Source of the DNA: Octopus vulgaris
Taxonomy: Eukaryota
DNA length: 64,000 nucleotides
Direction: 5' to 3'
Assembly: GCA_951406725.2 (NCBI GenBank)
Contig: OX597833.1
Coordinates: forward strand, 23,684,001 to 23,748,000
Shown here: in pieces, positions 46,258 to 58,692 of the stretch
How the letters are laid out: every line of letters begins with the position of its first letter
How positions within the stretch are numbered: position 1 is the first letter of the stretch
Notes under the pieces: generated by a model
What the model saw: only the letters and a program-made list of their open reading frames with translations
Told to the model about the DNA's origin: nothing
The model's database searches: none
Translations under genes and position numbers: made by a program

Positions 46258-46733
46258 CTCTTCAGATTTTGTGTTTTGCTATTCATTCACATCCAGGGCC
46301 ACATGCTCACCTCATTTCCTTCCAGCCTTAGCACATTCACTTTACTCTGATAAAAAAGCTTGGAATAAATCAGAGAGAATGATAAAACCACAAGGCATAC
46401 ATAAAGTGACAATGTAAATAGGTAGAAAGACAGAGTGAAAGGGAGAGAGAGGGTGCGAGTGAGAGGGAGAGACAGAAGGGGAGAAAGAGGAGAAAAAATA
46501 TTAAGAAAGAAAGAAGTGGATACAATAAGCTTTATGGAGAAAGGTAGCATGTATCAGAGAGGAGTGCAAAAATGAATAACTGTAAGGTTGACTGTATATA
46601 GATAAAATAGTAGGAGAAACAAAGAGCAGAAAGATGTTAAGATCTAGGAAGAAAGTATAATTAGGGGGTGGTGTGTAAAATGAATAATGTAAAGTAGGAT
46701 TTATAGTGTGGAGAGAGGGAGAGAGGAAGGCAG

Positions 46734-46778
<45 letters not shown>

Positions 46779-46780
46779 TA

Positions 46781-47129
46781 TAAAACAATAGGAGAGTGGA
46801 GATTAATTGTACATCAATACTTTTATTAGAAAAAGTTCGCTACAACATGACCATTCTAAGACCGACATATGTTTGTTACAACAGTAGCAAAACTGCATCA
46901 CATGCAGACATGCACTAAACTGCAGCACCCTCATCGGGGTCCACTCATTATGATGTTTACAGAACGTAATGAGTGGACCCCGTGCAGTTTGGTGCATGTC
47001 TGCAATGTGATGCAGTTTTGCTACTGTTGTAACAGAAACATATGTCGGTCTTAGAATGGTCACGTTGTAGCGAACTTTTTCTAATAAAAGTATTGATGTA
47101 CAATTAATCTCCACTCTCCTATTGTTTTA
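46781..47129. repeat. Near-perfect palindrome of about 350 bp (fold-back MITE-like)
   Basis: taaaacaataggagagtggagattaattgtac... is mirrored by ...gtacaattaatctccactctcctattgtttta. The centre is ggggtccactcatta-loop-taatgagtggacccc. Confidence 0.93.
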
Positions 47130-47185
47130 AATATACACTCTATGCAGTATCTGGATTAAATTTATAACTGATTTTTTCCCTTCTA

Positions 47186-47221
<36 letters not shown>

Positions 47222-47223
<2 letters not shown>

Positions 47224-48422
47224 AGGTTGAGTCAAAAGTTTTTTCGGATTTTCACTCATGATTTTTGACAACTTGTATCTCCAAGTTATATTATCAATTT
47301 GATACAACTTCTTGTTCAATCGTGCTGAATAGTTTATTCTTTATTTTATAGCTTTGACAATGAGTGGTGAATAAATTGCAATAAGAGCCATTTTATGCTG
47401 CCTGTGGAAGAAAGGACTGAGTGCAAGACAGTGGCAAAATAAATTAATGATGGGGAAAGCCCAGGAACTGTCAATAAATGTGTGGCACAAAACTAGTTCA
47501 GATGTTTCAAGGAAGGTGACAACAGCCTCGAAGACAAACCAAGGTCAAGGAGACCTTCTGTTGTGGAAGATGAGGCCTTACTTGAAATGGTTGAACAACA
47601 GCCAAATACAAGCACTTGTACATTGTTGGCAGAACTTGGTCCTTTACAAAGTACCATCAACTGACACCTCCATAAGCTTGGCCTCGTGAACAGATGCTGT
47701 CAAGAAGTTCCTCATGAACTGACCAATGACCAGGCTCAATGATGTGTGAACATTTGCAAACAGCTGCTGGCAAATCCTTGAGATGCCCATTTTTGGTGTT
47801 GAATCGTAACTGGGGATGAAAAATGGAACTATTTTTGTAATCCTAATAAGAGAAATCAGTGGCTTTGTTCCAACCAGGTTTTAGAACCTGTTGTCAAACA
47901 AGGGTGGTTTGAACAGAAGGTCATGTTGTGTGTTTGGTGGAATTTCGAGTGAGTGTTGCACTTTGAGCTTGTCCCAGATGGTCATGCTTTGAACACTAAC
48001 CTATATGCTCAACAAGTGCAGTGACTATATGATGCTTTGAAAGCCCACTACCCGGCATTGGTCAATCGAAGACACGCACTCCTACAGCATGACAATTCCC
48101 CAGCACATACTGCCAATGTGATGAAGTGCAAACTTGAGGGTCTGTAAGTGCTGCCTCACCTTGCTTACAGTCTAGAACTTGCACCATCAGATTACCACCT
48201 TTTCCAAGCCATGGCTCATTTCCCGCCTAGACGGAGGTTCAACAATGTGGATGAGGTTGAAAACAAATGGTATCAGTGTGGAATTGAGATTCTGGCACAA
48301 CAATGGCAACAGACAATAGAATATGATGGGATATATTTTGATGAATAAACACTTTTCGTATGTAATTTGTTTGAACTATTAATTAAAGCTTGAAATACGA
48401 AAAAACTTTTGACTCAACCTGG
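47222..48422 (+). mobile_element. Near full-length decayed mariner (DD34D-type) element
   Basis: TIRs ccaggttgagtcaaaagttttttcg and cgaaaaaacttttgactcaacctgg. Remnant motifs FKEGDNSLEDKPRS, VPHELT, IVTGDEKW, QHDNSPAH and YSLELAPSDYHLF, with stops. Confidence 0.92.
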
Positions 48423-50109
48423 TATATATATATATATATAACGGACGTTAAAGGATGATGATGATGATGATATATATATAATAAGAGAGAGAGAGAGATA
48501 CATATTGTAGATGTGTATGTACATTTTGCCATTATATTAGGGTAAAAGAACTGAAAAAGTGGTGTTTTTGGTAAAAAACTGCAAAGTAGACACTTGCTTG
48601 TCTCTCTCTCACACACACTCTCTCTCTCTCCCTCTCTCTCACTCTCAGAAATCCTGTAAACTAGTTGGAACCCTACATTTGTTGTCCACTTATTTCTGCA
48701 ACAGAAAATATAAAAACAGCTCATGATGTCCAGTACTTGACCAATTCTCTCATCTCCTCTCTTACTTTTAATTGGTTAAACTTCATAATTAAGTTATTAC
48801 TAAATTATTCTTTGAAGAAATAATAAAAAGTTGATAATTTCTCATTAAATATTGTTAATTTTAACAAATGAAGCTAATCATTTATAATTAGGTGTGGAAT
48901 AAATTAGTGAATTAATTGTTAATTATTACTGATGCTAATTGTTAATGGTTTATAACCAGTTGTTGAGTATAAGGAGGTTGGGGTAATGGATTGGGTGGGG
49001 GTAGCAGCAGTGGACATTAAGTGGGGGCTTCAGGACAGTGGAGGGGGGCCTTAACATGCTTTGGAATCTCTAGTTTAGAAATAAGATATTTACAGGAGAT
49101 GAGACCCACAATAAAATTGATGATGATGCTGGTAGTGGTTGTGGTGGTGATGGTTGCTGTCATCCTCATCATCATATCGGGGGGGGGGAAGACACAAAGC
49201 ACTAAAACAAGGAGAGGTCAAGCAGGGTGAAAGGAAATGCTAAATGTGTAGAGGAAGGTGGCAGTGGTATGGTAAAGGTCAATGGATGACCTTTAGTAGA
49301 GGGTGTGGTTCTGTTGAAGATGCTTGGCTGGGTGGGTAGGTGGGTGGGAAGTATTGGTTACCCCTAGGTTTATTGATCTGTTTCCACCCTCCCCCAGCTG
49401 ATTCTGGGTGGAGCAGTCCTGTCTGTGTGTCTGTACTCAATACAGTCATGTTGCCATGTGCACTGTTGTTGCAAGTGTTGTGTTAAATGTTAACGAGCTT
49501 TAAGTGCATCTCTTTCCTAAAATGACAACTAATTGATCCATTCCGACCAGCCAGCCTTCCCACAATGCAACTGGAGACAGTTTCTCATTTTTCACAGATT
49601 TTCCAATATTATTTCTCTGTTATTAGTTTCATGTGATTTATAGCCAATTCTTCAAGAATGGTAACAATGCACACACAAACACATACATTGGCACATACAC
49701 ACATACATATATACACACACACGTTTGATTATAATGATAATAAAGTTGAATGTTAATCCATTTTCTACTCAGTTTATCCCATTCCAGAATATATGGGTGT
49801 TGGGGGCAGTGAATGGAGAAACTTGTCTAAGCCTTAATTCACTTCACAGTTTATTTCACTCAGATCACATCCTCTCTGATCTCTAGTGACTGTTTTATGA
49901 TTTATGGACAGTGAAAATATATTTGTTGTAGCTGACAAGACACTTTGCAACAGTTAAACGGCCCCTTAAGGGGAATTAACAAAATATTATTGTCAAGAAT
50001 ATAACACATTAATGTCACTCATGTCAACTTTCTTTTAGATGGCTGTGGGCAGTGCCCTGCCTGCATTGTGTAAAATGACAAAAGGAAGAGAGGAAAAAAG
50101 ATGATTTAC

Positions 50110-50206
50110 CTTTGGCGAGGCACAGTGCCAATAGGTGGCACCACTGTAGTATATAGGGAATCCAGAATATTTTTTTCTGAAGATCCATTCTGGTCAATGT
50201 AGTAAT
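50110..50206 (-). CDS. Candidate exon of an unknown minus-strand gene, possibly a signal-peptide exon (MDLQKKIFWIPYILQWCHLLALCLAK)
   Basis: Acceptor tttttctctctattccag and donor AAG|gtaaat in non-repetitive DNA. ATG at 50188 gives 26 codons plus a phase-1 intron. A second open frame (DYYIDQNGSSEK...) is also possible. Confidence 0.45.
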
Positions 50207-50899
50207 CTGGAATAGAGAGAAAAATATTTTAATTACAGCTGTCATATAATTTTATTATAAGGATTTGTAAGAATCAAGGCACATCAACTCATAGGATGTC
50301 AGGAATGACTAGGTAACATAGAGCTCACATTGAAATAAACAACACTGAAAACACATCAAGTGTTGATAGGATAACGTAGATATGCAAGTACCAAATCCAA
50401 TTTAAGCCATAGATCCGACTCAGAGGAGGGCCTTTGGTGTGGTGTAGGTATAGAAAGTAAATACTAGTGGCCTTTAAAATTTACGACAGCTGTTTTGGTA
50501 GAATTTTATTTATTTAATGCAGTCATAAAAGATTACATCATAATATATAACCAATCTTTGGGTGGCGAGCTGGCAGAATCGTTAGAGCATTGGAAAATAT
50601 GTTTTGCGGCATTTAACTCCAGCGTTTTACGTCCTGCTTATGTCAGCTTTTCCTTTTCATTGTTCAGGGATCGATAAAATAGGGTATTAGTTAAGTCATG
50701 GAATCGATGGTATCGATTGTTCCCTTCCCCTCAAAATCGCTGGCCATATGACTATGCATGTCAGTGACAAGTTCTCAGTTTCGAGCGACGACAATTTTGA
50801 CAACATATTACAGACAATAAATGTTTAAGTGAAGTTAACGGTCTTTGTATGTCTATTTAGTTGAGTGTTTAATGTATGGTACCCTTTTTTTTATATATA

Positions 50900-51140
50900 A
50901 CAACCCGCCCGAAAATACCTCTTTCTACGATAGCAAACTTCTATTTTAAAATGAAATTTGGTAAGAAAATGGGAAAAGCAGTAGCGTGTACTTCGGATAA
51001 GTATCATAAAACCGCAACTTTGTAGCTCTCGTAATCTGGCAAGCCCATGATCTGACGAAGAGGGTGACGGGTTTAAATAGATATATCACTACCTCCCCCT
51101 GTCTCTTCCGCTTTTTGTAATTTGGCGCCATTTCGTGATT
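50900..51140. promoter_or_regulatory. CpG-containing promoter-like segment
   Basis: CpGs are retained in unique sequence. YY1-like gcgccattt near 51125, ETS-like cttccg near 51105 and GC-box-like cccgccc near 50904. Confidence 0.4.
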
Positions 51141-51582
51141 GAATCAGTCCACATCATGATGTAATAGTAGGTCTCAGTTCAAATATCTCTTCCGATGCTC
51201 CAAAGTTGGTGGATGAAGACATAACTCAATTGGTCTCTATCTCCGTGTTTTTGTCTTTTAAGTTAACCAACCGTCTTCTAGGTAATTCTTTTATGACAAT
51301 TATTTAACCACTTCTTCATACTTAACACAATTTACTTGTCACCTTTGGCTCATTGAATTACGTCCTTCTTTTACAAGTGAAATATCAGTCTTGTTTAAAG
51401 TTAAACAATTCTCATAGAAGAAAACACGATATTGACTAATTCACCGTCATACGTCTACTAAAAACTTTAACATACTTCCAAAATTGATCCACGCACCGAC
51501 ATAAAAAAAATTTCAATTTCAACCAAATTTACAAAGTGTTGCATTACAAGAGGGACGATGTTTCAATAATGAAAGTAATGTT

Positions 51583-52522
51583 AAGGCGGCAAGCTGGCAG
51601 AATCGTTAGCACGCCTGGCGAAATGCTTACGTTCTGAGTTCAAATTCCGCCGAGGTCGATTTTACCTTCCATCCTTTCGGGGTCGATTAAATAAGTACCA
51701 GTTACGCACTGGGGTCGATGTAATCGACTTAATCCGTTTGTCCCCTCTATGTTTAGCCCCTTGTGGGCAGTAAAGAAATGGGTATTTCGTCTGTTTTTAT
51801 GTTCCGAGTTTAAATTCCGCCGAGGTCGATTTTGCCTTCCATCCTTTCGGGGTCGATTAAATAAGTACCAGTTACGCACTGGGGTCGATGTAATCGACTT
51901 AATCCGTTTGTCCCCTCTATGTTTAGCCCCTTGTGGGCAGTAAAGAAATAGGTATTTCGTCTGTCTTTATGTTCCGAGTTCAAATTCCGCCGAGGTCGAC
52001 TTTGCCTTTCATCCTTTCGGGGTCGATTAAATAAGTACCAGTTACGCACTGGGGTCGATATAATCGACTTGATCCGTTTGTCTGTCCTTGTTTGTCCCCT
52101 CTATGTTTAGCCCCTTGTGGGCAGTAAAGAAATAAACGTTAGCACGCCGGGCGAAATATTTAGCGGTATTTCGTCTGTCTTTACGTTCTGAGTTCAAATT
52201 CTGCCGAGGTCGACTTTGCCTTTCATACTTTCGGGGTCGATAAATTAAGTACCAGTTACGTACTGGGGTCGATGTAATCGACTTAATCACTATGTTTAGC
52301 CCCTTGTGGGCAATAAAGAAATAAGAAACGTTAGCACGCCGGGTTAAATGCTTAGCGGTATTTCGTCTGTCTTGTTGTTCTAAGTTCAAATTCCGCCGAG
52401 GTCGACTTTATCTTCCATCCTTTCGGGGTGGATAAATTAAGTACCAGTTGCGTTCTGGGGTCGATCTAATCGACCGGCTCCCTCCCCAAAAATTTCGAGC
52501 CTTGTGCCTAGTGTAAAAAAAG
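51583..52522 (+). mobile_element. Multimeric tRNA-derived SINE (about 170-200-bp units, 5 core copies) flanked by an 18-bp TSD
   Basis: aataatgaaagtaatgtt at 51565-51582 and 52523-52540. Repeated core gagttcaaattccgccgaggtcgac..catcctttcggggtcgat..aagtaccag. Confidence 0.9.
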
Positions 52523-53509
52523 AATAATGAAAGTAATGTTTCGCCGGATTAGTCACATCTGTACTATTATAATAAAGAAAGCAGCGATCCTTCGTTTTGA
52601 GAAAGCTGCTTAACAATCTATAATGGGCACTGTCATGCTATTAGCTGTCAGAAGTGAAAGTATGTCAACTGTGGTTATTGACTGAATCTTTCCATTCTGA
52701 GTTCAAATTCAGCTGTCGCTTACATGGGAGGTATTCTAACCCGTTGCCGCCCAGTTTAACACCAACGGACAATTGAGTGCCTTTAGCAGAACCAATTCCG
52801 TTTGTGATTATTCAGATTATGTCCCTCATTTGACGATACCTCTCTCTCCCTTTCTCCCACTCGACTGTTAAGGATTATGAGCATCGCCATTCCTCTTAAG
52901 TAAACGATAGAAAAAGAAAAATTAGTTTTCTCGTAATTTCTTGGTCGAGTACCTTATTTAATGGTGTTTAAGATGCACTTAGCAACACATGTGGCGCCAC
53001 GTAAAAATGCACTCGTTAAACTGTAAAGTGGCTGGTTGTTAGGAAGAGCACCCAGCCTGGAACCTGGTGTAGCTCCCTGGGCTTGCCAGCTCCTGTTGAA
53101 CCAGCCAACCCATACCAGCGTGGAAAAAGGATGTTATATGATGCCCCTCTCCCCGCCCTGCAAAAAAAATTACTCCAGGTCTTAGATATAAAGTTGGGCC
53201 TCTTAGAAGCTAATTCCTGAATGTACCAAAAACTATTTTTGTGAATCTGTGCATCTTTTATACCGTCAAATATGGTATGTTTTTCTAAAACATGCTTGGA
53301 GTCTTTTATACTTATTAGAGTAATTTTGTTAAAACAATATAGGACAGGCGTGGTTGTGTTAACAAGCTTGTTTTACAACTGTGTAGTTTGGGGTTCTGTC
53401 CCACTTCAAGTGCTGAAGTTGACACAATCAACTTACCTACTCTGCCTGAACTTGACAGGCCTTGTGTCAAAAATTGAAACCATCATTATTATTGTTAGTC
53501 ATTGACTAT

Positions 53510-53726
53510 AAGGTGGCAAGCTGGCAGAATCGTTAGCATGCCGGGCAAAATGCTTAGCGATATTTCGTCTGCTGCTACGTTCTGAGTTCAAATTCTGCCA
53601 AGGTCAACTTTGCCTTTTATTCTTTCAGGGGTCGATGAAATAAGTACCAGTTACACACTGGGGTCAATATAATTGACTAGCCCCCTTCCCCCAAAATTTT
53701 CAAGGCCTTGCACCTAGTGTAAAAAT
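53510..53726 (+). mobile_element. Monomer of the same SINE family (diverged copy also at about 50560-50740)
   Basis: aaggtggcaagctggcagaatcgttagc...gagttcaaattc...aagtaccag...cctagtgtaaaaa. Confidence 0.85.
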
Positions 53727-53892
53727 AGTTATTGTAGTCATTGAGTGATAGGGCTTTTCCTTGCTCCTTAATTCTTCCCAATTTGATTTTCTGTGTTCCC
53801 TCGCATTAAATACATTAACACTTGCATTTAATTATGAAATTGTTTATTTGTTGTTTTTCCAGAGACTTCCAGCATTTTAACACAGTGTTACC

Positions 53893-54178
53893 ATGAACGT
53901 GAAAAAAGTTTATCCAGCTTCATATCGGAACCCGAAATGTTCTCGTTGTAAAAATCATGGCTCTGATGCCAAGATGAAGGGCCACAAAGGTTTCTGCCCC
54001 TACATCTCATGTGATTGCATAAAATGCATCTTGGTAGAGGAACGGCGCCGAATCAACAGACAACAGAATCTGCTCCGAAGATATCCTGACATCAACGTCA
54101 AGGATATTTTCAAAGGTTGCATAAGATGCGAAAAATTCTGCCAACAGGTGACTGATTATTCTAACTGCGTCACTGCAG
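53893..54178 (+). CDS. First coding exon of a DM-domain (Dmrt/doublesex-mab-3 family) transcription factor
   Basis: RNPKCSRCKNHG..MKGHKGFCPYISCDCIKCILVEERRRINRQQNLLRR keeps all 6 Cys and 2 His zinc ligands of the DM domain. Acceptor ttgtttttccag at 53862, accATG at 53893, donor CAG|gtgaga at 54178 (alternative CAG|gtgact at 54147). Confidence 0.88.
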
Positions 54179-54354
54179 GTGAGATTACATTTATTTATTT
54201 ATTACATAGAGTAACGCCTCAATATACGTGTTAACTTGTTCCTGGAGACTGCTTATAAATTGAAAACTCGTAAAGCAGAGCAGTAATTAACCATAGTAGT
54301 CATGTAATTCGTTCCCAGAAAAATATTTTGACCTGTAAAGTTTATAGTACTTGG

Positions 54355-54761
54355 GGATCTTTTCGGTTTGAACGGCAGTTTTTAACATAATTTCTAGGTA
54401 ACTAAGAAATTTGAAACTTTGTATACTGGTAGAATGTGTTTATAAAACATCTTTTTCTCTTGGCTTTATTGAGAAAATTCTATAGTTTGTATGATATTTG
54501 TTGTTATTTTTCTTCAATTTCTGCTATTTCAACCAATCACCTACATGTATTGAGGTGAAAAACATTCTGTGCCGTATGAATATGTCCCTCATTTAAGAAA
54601 CAGATTGGGTTTATTTACATTTCTGAAGAAAAAAAGATACCCTTCCCCCTAACCCTGACCCGGATTGACATGCAATAGATCGATACTAGGGTCATAATTA
54701 TGGGTGACAATTTCATATGACACCGCTAGGAAAAACACAGCCGTTCAAACCGAAAATATCC
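54355..54761. mobile_element. MITE with about 22-bp TIRs and a probable 8-bp TSD
   Basis: TIRs ggatcttttcggtttgaacggc and gccgttcaaaccgaaaatatcc. Flanks gtacttgg and gtacttag. Confidence 0.85.
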
Positions 54762-56092
54762 GTACTTAGAAATAAATAGTAATAAATCAACAGTAGAATG
54801 TAAAGAATATTCTATGTAAAGTAAAAATAACGTCAAGGTCCTTTATAATAAAAGATACTAATATTATAATGGTTTTCTGAATCACTTTCACTCACACTAG
54901 ACTCGTGCACACCATCACTTGTATATGTGGTTGCCGATTCACAAGCACTCATAGACAGACTGTGGATTTCTTTTTGAAAACAAGTTTAGGGTTATTTGCT
55001 TAGAAGAAGCTTTCTTTCGCTCTCTAATAAATCTCTCGGTAACATACCGAAACATTTGTTGTGCTTCAAAATAAAACTCATAAACTTGGGGTTTTGTAAA
55101 ACGGGTCCTTGTAATATGAGGTTATTACTGTATATGCCAGGTATGGCTGTGTGGTTAAGAAGCCGGATTTGAAACCACAGGATTTTGGGTTCACTTCCAC
55201 CTTGCCCCACAGTGTCTTTTACTAGAATCCTGTGCCTTGTGAGTGAATTTGGTAAACAAGGTGTACATGCATGCATATGTATGTATATATCACTTGATTG
55301 ACCAGGCTATCAGATGTTGTTACATATCGCTGGTCACAATACACTTTCTGTATTGTTTTAGCCTTCAAATGACACAACCAACATTCCCCACAGATCAAAA
55401 GGGGGTCTGGAGCAACGTGAAATGAAGAGTTTTGCTCAAGAACACAAGGCATTGCCCAGTCAGGGAATCAAACCTTCAATCAAGTGATTGTGAGTCTAAC
55501 AGCCAAACCACTAGGCCACGTATATATGTACATTTGCATACATGTACACATATATCTGTGTATGTGTGTGTATATATATTGTATATGTGTGTACGTATAT
55601 GTATATATGTGTATATATGTTAATGTATATGTGTATATAAATGTATGTATATATGTCTATATATGTGTGTATATACATGTGTATATCTGTATATGTGTAT
55701 ATATATATGTATGTGTATATGCATATATATGCGTATATATATGTGTATATATGTATGTGTGTATATATGTATATGTGTGTGTATATATGTATATATATGT
55801 ATGTATATATGTGTGTATATATATATATGTATGTGTGTGTATATATATGTATGTATATGTGTATATGTATGCGCACACACACACACACACACACACATTA
55901 TGAAAGAGCTACTGATAATTTCAAGCTTGGAAATACATGGCAACTTATACAAATCTTCCAATTTAATGTATCTTAAAGCATGAAATTATTCTTGGCTCTT
56001 TTGTAATTACGTATATTAAATGATATTTATCTCACAGGGTGGGGTACTTTTATTGTTGACCCTATAAAGGAACTGTAAACTGTGTGTGTATA

Positions 56093-56310
56093 TGAAGGGG
56101 TTCTGAAAAGTTTCTGGTTTCGGGTGAAAGAAAATTCAGGAGGATCAGTTAATTACAATTTTATTCAACATATTCTCTTCACAGATTCAGACTCTTATTT
56201 GCAACGGTTCTTCAGTTTTTCTAAACCCTGTAAAAGAACTCTGAAGGCCTGGTTTCCAACCATGCCTTTCACGACACCCTTAAAGCCAGAAACTTTTCAG
56301 CACCCTTTCA
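56093..56310. mobile_element. Mariner-type MITE
   Basis: Inverted ends tgaaggggttctgaaaagtttctgg and ccagaaacttttcagcaccctttca. Confidence 0.7.
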
Positions 56311-57169
56311 TGTGTGTGGGTGTGTGTAGAAATATAACTGCATGTGAACTGTTGGCGATTTTCCCTTATTTTTCCTTCTTTCTCTTTGGGCTTTCCTGTT
56401 TCCGACAAAGAACTATGCTCAAAATGTTAACAACTCTCTCCTTTCACCAAGCGTCAAATTAATATATTTCTTGTGCATGTCCTCACATCTACATTTTTCT
56501 TTTTTTCTCTGTATTTTGTTTGTTTATTTGAATTTACACACACACACACAGAGTAAAATCCTTCGCCATATCCTGGTTCACCTATTGCAGTTTATTATTA
56601 AAGCTTATGTCGATTCCTCTGTGGTGTTCTTTTGCATTTATAATAAAATAAATATATACAAATTATAAAAACAATAAAAACAAAACATACAGTACTGTTT
56701 CTATTTTGCTGATTTTCACCTATCACAGGATGTTTTTGGAATGTAACACCCACAATAGTCGAGGGGTTACTGTAGATATTAAGATTCAAATTTCCAATGG
56801 CTGAAGATAAGCATTAAATTTTGAAACTTTAAGTACCAAGGAATTAGAATCAAACTGTTTTGATCCCTCCATGGAACTCCCAATAAATTGATCGAGTGCC
56901 CTTCTTTTGTTTGTCCACTCACTCGTATACTACAAACACACACACACACTTGTAGTGCTTGGAAAAAGGTGTGAGGGTTGCCAAGAGGACAGGATTAGGG
57001 AGTGGGGGAGGGTAAGCATAGTGCATGAAGTGGAAAGACGAGGAAGGGAAGTGATGTAGAGATGTAGTTTGATTTGTTGTGGGAAGTTTTCTTGTTAAGT
57101 ATAGGTGGAACGTTCAGCGCTTCTAGAACTGTTTCACTGACATGGGCGGGTTTTCTCAAGGACTTCATA

Positions 57170-58692
57170 TTGCAAGACATCTTGGTCCATTGTCATTTGT
57201 TCCATGAGGCCCAACATCCTGAGATTGGTCCCTACCACTTCATCCCATGTCTTCCTGGTTCTCCCTCTTCCATGGGTACCATCCACTTTCGCTGATCACC
57301 ACTTCTTTATGCAGCTGTCCTCATTCATACGCATCACATGTCCAAACCAACGTAGTCTTCTCTCTTGCATGCTACATTTGATTCCTCTTCTGCCCAACTT
57401 TTCTCTCAATACATTTGCACTTTGTCATACATGTGCACTGATGTTGCACATCCAACAGTGCATACCACCTTCATTTCTCTCCAGTCTGTACATGTCTTCT
57501 GCAGTCAGAGCCCATGTCTCACTACCATGGAGTATATCCGTTCATACACAAGCATCATATAGTCTACCTTTCACTCTGAGAGAGTTCTTTCGTTGCCAAC
57601 AGAGGTAATATTTCTCTGAACTTCCTCCACCCAATTCTAGAAACAATACTTTCAGAGCATCCCCCACCATTGCTAATTTGGTCACCTATATAACAGAAAC
57701 TATCTCCAACCTCAAGAGAGCCTCCTGGGCATTTGAGAGAATCTACGTCCCCTGTGCTCTTAGTGCTTATTCTTCCTGCACATCTGCCACATACAAAGAC
57801 TACTTTATCTGTTAATCTTGTTATTCCACTGTACCTCTTATGTGTCCATAGTTTACACTGGGTGCAGTGAATGGAATTTCTTTCAACGCCTTTCCTACAT
57901 ACTGAGCAGGGCCATTTACCTGATGGAAAGAGAGTTTTATCTTCTTTCTTACTAACAACTTCGGTCTTTGCTAGGTTAACTTTAAGACCCTTTGATTCCA
58001 GGTTTTGTTTCCATACCTGGAATTTCTTCTCCAATTCTGCTAAAGATTCTGCAATAAGAACAAAGTCATCAGCATATAACAGTTCCCACAGGTATCCAGT
58101 TTTGAATTCCTCTGTTATGGCCTGGGGGACTATAATGACTAAGAGTGGGCTGAGAACTGAGCCTTAGGGAACCCCTACCTGTATGCTAAATTCATCACTG
58201 TATTCATGGCTGACTCTCACCTTACTGACAGCACCACTGTATATGGCTTGTACAGTTCTAACCAGCCACTCCTCTACTCCTAACTTCCTTAGAGACCACC
58301 ATATAACAGAGTGGGGAACTCTGTCGAAGGCTAAGTACAATGGCTTACTTTTGGCCAAGACCTTTTCCTGTAGCTATCTCACTAGGAAGATAGCATCAGT
58401 GGTACTCTTTCCAGGTACAAAACCAAACTGCATCTCACCTAGTTTAATTCTATTCCTAATTCAACTATAACCCTCTCAGTGACTTTCATGGCTTGGTCTA
58501 GCAATTTAATGCCTGTGTAGTTCATTTCTGTCTAAGGCATCACCTTTACCCTTGTAGCAGCTAACAATAATACCACTACACCAGTCATTGGGGGTGATGC
58601 CTTCCTGAATAATCTGATTAACTTCACGGGTGACTAAGCTATATCCTTCACCACTGGAGATTTTAATCATCTTAGCAGTGATTCCTGATGTC
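57170..58692 (-). mobile_element. Decayed RTE-clade LINE (PHD-in-RT type)
   Basis: Fragments SCYKGKGDALD, AFDRVP, YADD and GKWPCSVCRKGVERNSIHCTQCKLWTHKR..CGRC, homologous to 37366-38943. Confidence 0.88.

Noticed and set aside
50946-51131. ORF MAPNYKKRKRQGE as a definite first coding exon
   Set aside because: No recognisable homology and only weak donor sites. It was kept only as part of the promoter-like region.
51583-52522. Repeat array as a CRISPR or tRNA cluster
   Set aside because: The units are SINE cores (monomer at 53510) flanked by a TSD. There are no spacers and no complete cloverleaf.
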